64,000 nt of DNA from Selaginella moellendorffii. Taxonomy: Eukaryota; Plantae; Lycopodiophyta. The number at the start of each line of letters is the position of its first letter. The first letter of the stretch is position 1. The stretch covers positions 1,037,014-1,101,013 of the forward strand of contig NW_003314300.1 of NCBI RefSeq assembly GCF_000143415.4. The letters run 5' to 3'. The position numbers and the translations under genes are program-made. The notes under the pieces were generated by a model, which was not told where the DNA came from, did not search any database, and was given only the letters and a program-made list of their open reading frames with translations. This document shows, one piece after another, positions 54,480 to 64,000 of the stretch.

Positions 54480-55032
54480 TCTGAGATGGACCCGAGTTGG
54501 AGTCCAAAGTGGAGTCCAAGAAGGACCCCGAGATGGAGTCCGAGGTGGAGTCCGAGGTGGACCCGAGATGGACCCGAAATGGAGTCCGAAATGGAGTCCG
54601 AGATGGAGTCTGAGATGGAGTCCGAGATGGACCCGAGATGGAGTCCGAGATGGAGTCCGAGATGGACCCGAGATGGAGTCCGAGATGGAGTCCGAGATGG
54701 ACCCGAGATGGACCCGAGATGGAGTCCGAGAAGGACCCGAGATGGAGTCCGAGGTGGAGTCCAAGATGGAGTCTGAGATGGACCCGAGATGGAGTCCGAG
54801 ATGGAGTCCGAGATGGACCCGAGATGGAGTCCGAGATGGAGTCCGAGATGGACCCGAGATGGAGTCCGAAGTCGAGACCGAGACCAAGACCGAGACCGGG
54901 ACCGAGACCGAGACCGAGATCGGGACCGAGACCGAGACCGAGGCCGAGGCTGAGGGCGAGCCCGAGTCCGAGTCCGAGTCCGAGTCCGAGTCCGAGTCCG
55001 AGTCCAAGGCCGAGTCCGAGTTCGAGTCTGAG
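54480..55032 (+). repeat. Minisatellite in the 3' LTR, same units with different order and copy number
   Basis: Tandem units are directly visible. Confidence 0.95.
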
Positions 55033-56030
55033 AGGGTGAAAGCCCAAAGCGTTCATCTCCCAGACCTTGGGGGGTTTGGTGAGCTCCAAAAGTATAGTAA
55101 GGGGGAGGACTACAGTGGAGCCAGTTTGGCCAGGAAAGGCCAGTTTGGCCCAGGAAGGCTAGACCCAGTGTTGGGTGATGAGCTGCCCACTGGGAAGTCC
55201 AAGACTAGAGTGAACACAAACCGACAAGCGGGGTAGCTTGGTGAAGTGTTCAAGAGCCGGCTCTAGTTCCCCCGGGAGATCGACTGGCCGATGCTCCCAG
55301 TCCAAGTGTGGGTGGCACTACCTACTTGGATACCAGGTGTGGCTCAATGGAACCTCGCTCTAAGCCCATGGCTAGAGCACCCAAAGGCGGAAGGCGGGGA
55401 GAGTACCCACGAGGCTTGCGTAAGGCCACGGTGTTCCGTAATGTTATCTCCAAAGGCCTAGACTGTGGAAAGGAAGAGGAGTAGTCCTCTAGTGTAGTGA
55501 CCAAGGATACAGTCGTGTGGTGAGGAAGTCCTAGAGGACCGTGGGACTTAGTGGTCGGGCCTGTGGGCCTTGATCTAGTGGTATTGTTGGCGAACACAAC
55601 CAAGGACAGAAAGGGACTTGGTGGGGACCAGAAAGGAGATATTGGGGAAGGTTATTCCCCATGTTTGCAGGCATCCTAAGGATGTTAAGGAGTGGATCTA
55701 GGATGACCACTCATGGACGGATGGCCCAGTCTTGGAGAGACAAGATTGCAATGCAGGTGGTGTTGGACCACTGATATGACCAAAGTGATTGGGCATGGCT
55801 TAGCGTAACGGGCTGGTATGTTAGTGGTGCCTTAGGGTGTTGGTCATGGGACCAGACACGTGGAGCACTTGGACCAAGTGCAAAGGTTGAGTGGCATGGA
55901 TGCCATTCTCAGGGCTAGCAAGCCCCAAGTCCTGAGAGGGACTTATGGAGGTTGTGAATGAGACTCCTCCAAGTGGTTGGAGGTGCGGTTAAATGACTAA
56001 AGTAGAATGGAAAAAATCTAGTCGTTTACA

Positions 56031-57530
56031 TGTGACTACACTGCTCTAGGTTTAAGTAGTACTAGGTTGGGTGACCTTTTGGGAAGTCTAAACTCAAGAA
56101 CTTACATTTGGTATTAGAGGGGTTTTAGATTTAACTCTGTTAGTTAGCTAGAAGAATCACACCACATATTAATTGATATTTAGTAGATTTAATTTACTCC
56201 GGCTAAGCTCTACTTGAGGGGTAGAGTGTCAAGAAAATGGGGCTCTCAAGAAAGCTATGGCTATCATGTTCTGTTCATAAAAGCGTAAACTTGTAGGGAA
56301 GTATAGTAGATTGTAAGCAACCAAATAAAAAGGTTTAGGATTTAAGAGTTATACCTTCTATTCATGATGGTGTGAACTTATAAGGAAGTATGGTGGATTG
56401 TAAACAACTAAAGAAAAGGGTTTAGGGTTTAGAAAATTGCAATTGACTCCAACTGTCTGTAAGTTCATAAGTTTGAACTTCTTGAAAAGTCACTCAACCC
56501 AGTACTATTCAAACCCAAAGTAAAGTGTTAAGAGAATAGGGCTCTCAAGAGAGCTGTGCCTTTTATCTTTCGTTCACGAGGGCATGAACTTGCAAGAAAA
56601 TGTAATAGATTGAAGAGAAGGGTTTAGGATTTAAGAGTTGCAACTTCCATTCATAAGGGCGTGAACTTGTAGGGAAGTGTGGTGAATGATAAACAAGTAA
56701 AAAGAAGGGTTTAGGGTTTAGAAAATTGCAATTAACTTCAACCGTTTATAAGCTCATGAGTTTGAAATTCTTAGGAGGTCATCTAACCCACTATTATTCA
56801 AACCCAAATATCCTAAGACCCTTAACTTATTAGAAAAAGGGGTGCAGTTTTATTTATGGGCCTTTTCTCTTTATATTTGAACCCTTATGGATTGTCTCTC
56901 AAGTCATTTTTTTTGTTATTTTTGTTCATGGGCCTTTTCCCTTTATATTTAAACCCTTATGAATCATCTCTCAAGTCATTCTCTTTAGTTGTTTATAATT
57001 CACCACACTTCCTTGTAAGTTCACACCCTTATGAACGGAAGCTAAGAGCCACAAATCTCTTGAGAGTCTTGCACTCTTGACACCCTATTCCTTGGGTTGA
57101 GCCCAACTAGAGCGAATTAGACCTGTCAAATGTCAATTATAATGCCTTGCACTTTTGACACCCTATCCCTCAGGTGGAGCCTAACTAGAGCAAACTAGAC
57201 CTACCAAATGTTAATGAATATGTGGTGCAATTCTCTTAGCCAACCAATAGAGTTAGACTTAAGACTTCTCTAATATCAAATATAAACTCCTGAGTTTGAA
57301 CTTCCTAGGACATCATCCAATCTAGTGTTATTTAAACTCATGAGTTTGAACTTCTTTGGGAGTTACTTAGCCCAATGCTATTCAAACCCAAGGATATTTA
57401 ACCCCAAATATCCCAAAACCTTTAACTAATTGGTAAAAAAGGGGTGCACTCTTATTCATGGGCTCTTTCTTTTTATATTTAAACCTCTATGAATTATCTC
57501 TCGAATCGTTCTCTTTGATTGCTTACATTG
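56031..57530. mobile_element. Nest of decayed Cassandra-like TRIM fragments in both orientations
   Basis: 5S-like TAGTACTAGGTTGGGTGACC..GGAAGTC plus CTTACATTTGGTATTAGAG at ~56057-56120 (+). Reverse-oriented LTR pieces at ~56458-56520, ~56745-57005 and ~57280-57527. Confidence 0.8.
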
Positions 57531-57575
57531 TCCTTCAACAATACAAAGGGCAGTCTTATGAGTTTAGCACCAAAT

Positions 57576-58185
57576 TGTAAGCAACCAAAGAGAATGACTC
57601 GAGAGACGGTCCATGGGGTTCAAATACAGAGGGAAAGGGCCCATGAATAAGAGTGCACCCCCTTTTCCAATCGGTTAAGGGTCTTGGGATACTTGGGGTT
57701 AAGCGTCTTTGGGTTTGAATAGTACTGGGCTGGGTGACCTCCCGGGAAGTCCAAACTCAGGAGCTTACATTTGATATCGGAGCGGTCTCGGGTCCGACTC
57801 TGTTGGTTGGCTAGGGGAATCACACCACATGTTGATTGACATCTGGCTGGTCCAGTTTGCTCCCGCTGGGCTCGACCCGAGGGGTAGGGTGTCAAGAGAG
57901 CGGGGCTCTCAAGAGAGCGGGGCTCTCAGGAGAGCTGCGGCTCTCAGCTTCCGTTCACGAGGGTGTGAACTTGCAGGGAAGCGTGGTGGATTGTAAGCAA
58001 CCAAAGAGAACGACTCGAGAGACAGTCCATGGGGTTCAAATACAAAGGGAAAGGGCCCATGAATAAGAGTGCACCCCCTTTTCCAATCGGTTAAGGGTCT
58101 TGGGATATTTGGGGTTAAGCGTCCTTGGGTTTGAATAGTACTGGGCTGGGTGACCTCCCGGGAAGTCCAAACTCAGGAGCTTACA
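57576..58185 (+). mobile_element. Intact Cassandra-like TRIM, 610 bp, with 5S-rRNA-derived segment in each LTR
   Basis: 194-bp LTRs 57576-57769 and 57992-58185 (TG...CA; 5 transitions counted by eye). PBS TGATATCGGAGC; PPT-like AGGGAAGCGTGGTGGA; perfect target-site duplication CAAAT (57571-57575, 58186-58190). 5S-like GTTAAGCGT..TAGTACT..TGGGTGACCTCCCGGGAAGTCC. Confidence 0.93.
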
Positions 58186-58536
58186 CAAATATAATTATGC
58201 ATATACTAAATAACATTATATCATATCTCCGATTAATAGAAAGACCTATGTAACTTCTCACAACGATATTCTATATATCTGCCTAGGATAGGAGAATTAT
58301 AATAAATATAGAGAATAAAGATCAAAAGCACCACCAGCCATAAATAATCATCAGGATCTGTCCCCACAAAATAAGAAAATTATCCTCAAGGTGATATTGA
58401 GAATGTAAATGTCGAAATGACAAGTTATTAACAAATGATTTATTGATCTGAGATGCAATATGATGTTATTTACTATGTGCATAGCTACATTTGGTGCTAA
58501 GCTCGTAATACTACCTTTTGTACTATAAAAAGACAG

Positions 58537-58715
58537 TGTAAGCAACCAAAGAGAACAATTCGAAAGATGATCTATAATAGTTCAAATATAGAGAAAAAAA
58601 GGCCCATAAACAAGAGTGCACCCCTTTTTTCATTTGGTTAAAAGTTTTAGAATATTTTGAGTTAAGTGTCCTTGGGTTTGAATAGTATGATTGGGTGACC
58701 TCCTAAATAATCAAT
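58537..58715 (+). mobile_element. Decayed single LTR of the Cassandra-like TRIM
   Basis: TGTAAGCAACCAAAGAGAAC...GTTAAGTGTCCTTGGGTTTGAATAGTATGATTGGGTGACCTCC. Confidence 0.85.
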
Positions 58716-58749
58716 AAATCCACCATGTTTGCTATAGATTCTCAAACCC

Positions 58750-60310
58750 CTTGTGAAGACTTTAGATTTACGACTTAACCTTTTGAGCCTTATGAACCTC
58801 GTCAAGAAAAGGTAAATCTTGTTTTGCACTTTGTGGATATTAAACATTAAATACAACAATCACCAACAACATGAAGTCCTTACCCAAAAAATCCATAGAT
58901 GCTCAAACAATAAACTTGTTAAAAATATGAAGAGTGAAGAAGAGGATCTTGAGAAAGGGCCTTAGCATTAGTCATAGAATTGCTTAAGTGATAAACAACA
59001 TTAAAATTATATATCTTAAGCTTCAAAACCCATCAAATAGTATGACCAACCAAATTTTTCCACTTCAATAATAAAGTAACTATAACATGATAACCTTTTA
59101 GGAATGTTCAAAAATTATATAAATATGCATGAAGTTTTTTGAAACCCTAAACTACTGTTAAACACTCCTTCTCTATCATGGAGTAACTCACCTCTATTAG
59201 TTATAATATATGGTTGATGTATGCAATGAGATGGTGTTCACCAAGCACACTCGAGCTCTTTTTCATCAACACATCTCCAAAACCGATATAAAAAACATCC
59301 ATATGCAAAATGAAAGGTTGAGTATAGTCAAACTATGCCAAAATTAAAGGAGTCATCAAGAGTTTTTTAAAATCTATAAACGCCTACTCACAATCCACAA
59401 ATCAGATGAAAAATGATATTGACAACTTCAACAATATTTGCAACTTTGTAGTATGATTAGAAAGGTGATTAACAAAATGGCTAAGATATTGCATTTTCCC
59501 TAAGAAGTGTTGCACATCATTTACACATTTTGGAGTACAGAACTTAAGATCACCCATAAATTTGTTAAAATCAATTTGCAAACCTTCACGAAAAATATAA
59601 TACCCAAGATAAGTTATGTTTTTAGACCTAAACATGCACTTTGATTACTTTAGCTTTAAACCAACTTCCCGCAATTAATTCAACATTTTACAAACATCAC
59701 AGATGTGTTTTTCTCACCCTTCCAAGTGGATCAAGACATTATTGATGAAGTCAATAATCACTTCTAACATATTGCAAAGAACCTTATTCATCATCAATTA
59801 AAAAGTTGCTAAAGCATTGATTAAACCAAATAGCATTACTAAAAACTCGTACAAACTAAATGGTGTACAAAAGGTAGTCTTGGGAGTATCTTCCTTGGCT
59901 ATTAGCACTTGTTAATACTCAAAAGTAAAATTTAATTTGGTAAATAATGACTTCTCCTTAGATGATCTAAGAGATTAGTAGTGTGAAGAAGAGGGTACAT
60001 ATCTGGAATTATTATTTCATTTAAAAGATAATAGTTGGTGCAAAAATGAATATTCCCATCACATAAGATAAGGTTCACATGTTTAAGGATTTTGCAATTT
60101 TTGAATAACACCTTTTTCCAATATTTTTTTGATGTTTACACTATGAAAAAGTATGTTGATCTCTTTAAATTTGACCTATCATTTGGGGCCAAGATTGCAA
60201 CACTCATTCTATTCCAACAAGAATCACCAAAAGAGATCAAAATTTTAGAGTTGGTCAACTGTTGCAATACAAAGACCATCAAAGGGATCTAAAAAAAGAA
60301 TAGAGGAACA
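58750..60310 (-). mobile_element. Decayed Ty3/gypsy pol remnant (RT-RNase H)
   Basis: TFCTPFSLYEFLVMLFGLINALATF, ITYLGYYI, DVQHFLGKMQYLSHFV, YTQPFILHMD, YSMIEKECLTVV. Many stops. Confidence 0.85.
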
Positions 60311-60313
60311 AAA

Positions 60314-61332
60314 TGTGACATACAAATCCCAGAGCCCCAAAAGTGGAGCCAAAAGGGGGGAAGGGCTGCAAAGGATTCCAAAAGTATAATAGAAAGAGTG
60401 TGAGGGTTGAACTTCAGTGGAACCAGTTTGGCCAAGAAAGGTTAATGTGACGCAGGAAAGCTATACCCATATATTGGGTGATGATATATCCATTGAGGGG
60501 TCCAAGGCTAGAGTGAATATAGACAAACAAGTGGAATAGCTTAGTGATGTGTTCAAAAGCAAACTCTAGCTCCCTTAGGAGATTGAATGGTCAATGCTCC
60601 CAATCTAAATGTAAGTGGCACTATTTACTTAGATACCTGGTGTGGCTTATCGGAACTTCGCTCTAGCCACATGGCTAGGGCACCCAAAAGCAAAAGGTGG
60701 AGAGAGTATCTACAAGGCTTGTATAGGGCCACAATATTTCATAATGTTGTTCTAGAATCCTAGTCTAAGGAAAGGAAGAGGAGCAATCCTTTTGTGTGGT
60801 GATCAAAGATGCAGTCATGTGGCAAGGAAGTCCCAGAGGTTAGTAGGACATAGTGGTCAAGCTTGTGTGCCTTGATCTAGTGGTAGTGTTAGCAAACATA
60901 GCTATGGACGAATAGGGATTTGATAAGGACCAAAAAAAGGATATTGGAGAAGGTTGATCCCCATGTTTACAGGCATCATAAAGATGCCAAAGAGTGGATC
61001 TAGGATGATCACTCATGGATAGATGGCCCAGACTTTGAGAGATAAGGCTGTGATATAAATGGTATTGGATCATTAGTGTGACAAAGGTGAATGGGCATGG
61101 TTTTAGTATAACAACCTGATATAGTAGTGGTACTTTTAGGTGTCGGTCATAGGATTGAACATATGGAGCACTTGGACTAAGTGCAAAGGCTAAATGGTAT
61201 AAATGCCATTCACGAGGCTAGCATGTCTCTAAATTCTAAATAGGACTTATAGAGGTTATGAGGGAGACTCCTCCAAATGGTTAAAGATGTGGTTAAATGA
61301 CTAAAATAAAATGAAAAATTTAATCACTTATA
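60314..61332 (+). mobile_element. Older solo LTR of the 48870-56030 family, lacking the ~750 bp minisatellite-containing segment
   Basis: Starts TGTGACATACAAATCCCAGAGCCCCAAAAGTGGAGCC, then aligns to LTR sequence from ~49676 onward and ends ..AATCACTTATA. Many G>A and C>T changes. Confidence 0.88.
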
Positions 61333-63249
61333 CAAGCCAAAAATATAAAAAAAAGTAATAGAGCGATAAAAGTGATAGAAGCAAAGAAATGAAGAAGAAC
61401 AAAAGTGAAAGGAATAAAAGAAATATAAAAAAGTACGAAACAAGGGGGAGAAGCTTCAAAGTCACATTTGGCATGATTGCACTACAATTAATCCATATTA
61501 AAAATGAGGTTAAAAGCTTGACCTAGCACCACTTGCAAAGACTGCAACTTAAGTTTGAGATCGCCAACATGCATAACTAAGTTTGCCTCATTCTATGCAC
61601 ATGCGTATGTATGGCCATTGCTATAAGGAATGAAAACTAATTCTAATGCATAACATAAATGTAAATGACAATTTGTGGCAACATGCCAAGCAATAAAAAA
61701 TAAATTTAAGCATATATCAACCAATACAAAGAGAATAATAAAAGATATTTTGTTATAAAAATGAGCTTGGAAAGTAAATACTAAATGAACTGGTACTTAG
61801 TGAACCCTTGATGATACTCCCAAAAGAAAGATAAAAGGGTTATTAACTTATTCGCACAAAGATCGTTCACTACTTATACGACTCCTCATTTTCTAGAAGT
61901 ATCTTAGTGTCCAAACCTTCCACTAAAATAGCACCAATAGGATGTTGTTGATGCCAAAATTGCCATCTAGGAAATAAAGGTTGCTAATCTGAAAAACACC
62001 AACAACACTGATAAATGTGACCAAATTCATCACATGCCTAATGCCTAATAGTGGATATCATAGCCACAACCATGTCCTTGCCTTTGTTCTTAAACACGGC
62101 CAGCAACAGTATCAACTTACATTTGGAATAGAACCATCTTCCATAGGAAGTAGAGTTGAAGGATATATAGTGAAAAGTCAAAAAAATAATGTTTTATAAT
62201 GTTGTGCCTAGCAAATAGCATTGTCAAGGGTGGTTGGAACAAGTTTTATAAGATCTTGTAGCGCATGTGATCATGGGATGAGATTTAGATATATTGTTAC
62301 TAGGGAGATAAATAAGGATAAAATAGCCATTAAGGGTATGTCTTTTGTTTTGTAAAGTATCCATAGACTAAGGTATCCACCATCGGATTGCAGTACGAAT
62401 GGATGACTAATTGCCTCATATGAAATAGTTAGTCTACATAATAGAAAATTGGTAGATTTAGTCCGGAAATAGAGGTGTTAATTCTCCTTGGCTCAGTAGG
62501 AATTGTTAGTCAATAGTTAATAAGGACATTAACATTTTTAAAGGGGGGGGAGGGATAAGTGTAATGCATGTGATCATGGGATCACTGTGATGCTCTATTT
62601 CGTTAAAGTGGGATTTATTCAGTAAAATGGGACTAGGTACAAATTTTCAAGTATTTGAAAATGACGTGAAATTATATGTTTTTTGTCCAGGGGCTAGACA
62701 TATCTGGGGCATGGTGACTAGCGCAGTGACTTTGTGTCCAGACTGAGTCCATCTGGTTGTATAATAAATCTCATTATCAAGGTGAACAAGCCGAATCTGA
62801 AGCTAAAGAAGAGCGATGGCATGCGCACACACACTATTTGTTTGTTCATTGAGCGTGTGGTGAGCTTTCCAAGATGAACGTCATTCTTATTAGCCAGACA
62901 TATAACTTAATGGTGAGAACATTTAGATATTATTCAATGTTATCTTTTTCTAACGAATCTAATTGTGAAGGTGTAGCAAGAGGCATTGCTAGTCTGGAGA
63001 AGTCATTTAACTCATTTGACCCTTAGTGTATTTTCATGAAACTAAATAACATTCATATTATTAAGGAATTTCTCTAGTACCTTTTTTTTACGATATAGAG
63101 GCTTGCATTTCTTTCAAAGGTGATTTAGTAAAAGGCTTGAGGGCATATGCCATTCTATTTCTCAAACCGGTATTAAGATATACTAGTGCAAAGGGAAAAA
63201 AGTATTTGGTGATCAAGTAAATGGCATGAGGGCACACGCCATTATAAGC

Positions 63250-63507
63250 CTAAGTGCTAGTGGACACCTCCTTTTTGGTACTCTCAGCGGTACTATCATC
63301 CTTCTCCAGGTCAGTTGTTTTGCTTTGGATTGTTGTCTTTGACGTTACTGGGGCGTTCTTGATAGTTGTTAATGTTGCCGTTTGTTCAGAAAAATGATCA
63401 CCTGGAGTATAGTACGGGGAGTTTGGAAGACTTATATATTCTACATCTTCACCTATCTCCTTCTCCGTCTCCTTTTTTGCCTCACTTACAGATTTTGTGC
63501 TTGCCAT
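63250..63507 (-). CDS. Small hydrophilic orphan ORF (85 aa, T/S/K/E-rich)
   Basis: MASTKSVSEAKKETEKEIGEDVEY...KKEVSTST*. Good start context (TCATGGC) and a TATA-like TTTTATAAC ~40 nt upstream. No recognised domain. Confidence 0.35.
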   Translation of the reverse strand: MASTKSVSEAKKETEKEIGEDVEYISLPNSPYYTPGDHFSEQTATLTTIKNAPVTSKTTIQSKTTDLEKDDSTAESTKKEVSTST

Positions 63508-63755
63508 GAGAACGCTCTTCACCCTAAAATATGGAGTTCGTTGTGTTATAAAAGGAAACCAACACACACGCTGCAAGGGAATGATGGTACATAAAGCACG
63601 TAAGCCCATAATATGGGTTTATGTGCCATTAATATGGGCCACACGCCATATTATTAGATTTATGCACGTGTGATTGGTAAATGCATATGTCACATCATCT
63701 TTGTTTTACCTCACACACTATATCAAGCCTAATGAACCATATCACATGTGCGCAC

Positions 63756-64000
63756 TGTAAGCGACTAATTTTTCCAGTCTACTTTAGTCACTTAACCACA
63801 CCTCCGACCACTTGGAGGAGTCTCATTCACAACCTCCATAAGTCCAACTCAGGACTTGGGGCTTGCTAGCCCCGAGAATGGCATCCATGCCACTCAACCT
63901 TAGCACTTGGTCCAAGTGCTCCACGTGTCCGATCCCATGATTGACACCCCAAAGTACCACCGACGTATCGGCCCGTTACGCTAAGGCCATGCCCAATTAC
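63756..64000 (-). mobile_element. 3' end of another LTR of the 48870-56030 family, reverse orientation, truncated by the window edge
   Basis: TGTAAGCGACTAATTTTTCCAGTCTACTTTAGTCACTTAACC... is the reverse complement of the LTR end at 50621/56030. Confidence 0.92.

Larger units (their letters stand above)
48870..56030 (+). mobile_element. Non-autonomous LTR retrotransposon (LARD/TR-GAG-like), 7.2 kb; LTRs 48870-50621 and 54248-56030
   Basis: Direct repeats start TGTGAGACACAAAATCCC and end TTACA. PBS TGGTATCGGAGC at 50625; purine-rich GGGTGGTGGAG before the 3' LTR. The 3.6 kb interior has no recognisable RT or integrase. No target-site duplication. Confidence 0.92.

Noticed and set aside
49100-55032. 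CRISPR-like appearance of the repeated units
   Set aside because: No unique spacers and no cas genes; eukaryotic LTR context.
48966-55236. Long ORFs (up to 292 aa) on both strands over the LTR minisatellites
   Set aside because: The repeat units have few stops, so multiple frames are open by construction; no domain content.
56415-56725. TTTAGGG telomere-like motifs
   Set aside because: Only 1-2 units within TRIM-related sequence; not an interstitial telomere array.
57698-58168. 5S rRNA genes
   Set aside because: Only ~55 nt of the internal promoter region is present, embedded in LTRs. The 5' and 3' ends of 5S are missing.

Overview
Eukaryotic land-plant nuclear DNA. Short ~50-60 nt introns, compact gene spacing and two N-gaps suggest a Selaginella-like lycophyte assembly; this is inference only. 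Layout: (1) 1-5.1 kb has a decayed Ty1/copia internal region flanked by decayed genes, one carrying a Crinkler-type P-loop. (2) 11.8-23.6 kb is an intact conserved block on the minus strand: RAV (AP2+B3) transcription factor, RbgA/DAR-type GTPase, group I WRKY and prohibitin. (3) 24-39.6 kb is an accessory region with three copies of a Crinkler/RHS-like NTPase + restriction-endonuclease-fold gene: one near-intact and two with internal inversions. They are interleaved with intron-containing pseudogene fragments of SMC6, GDH, Hsp70-8, pseudouridine glycosidase and FRO. (4) 40-42.5 kb is a probably intact ferric reductase (FRO). (5) 44-64 kb is a transposon nest: a LINE-like remnant, a 7.2 kb non-autonomous LTR element whose LTRs carry a minisatellite, an intact 610 bp Cassandra-like TRIM with 5S-rRNA-derived LTRs and a perfect target-site duplication, and a decayed gypsy pol. 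The best leads are the Crinkler-like cluster, the atypical 5S-carrying TRIM, and a predicted GC/GT competing splice donor that would switch a long RAV isoform on or off. All family assignments come from motifs read by eye; no database search was run.
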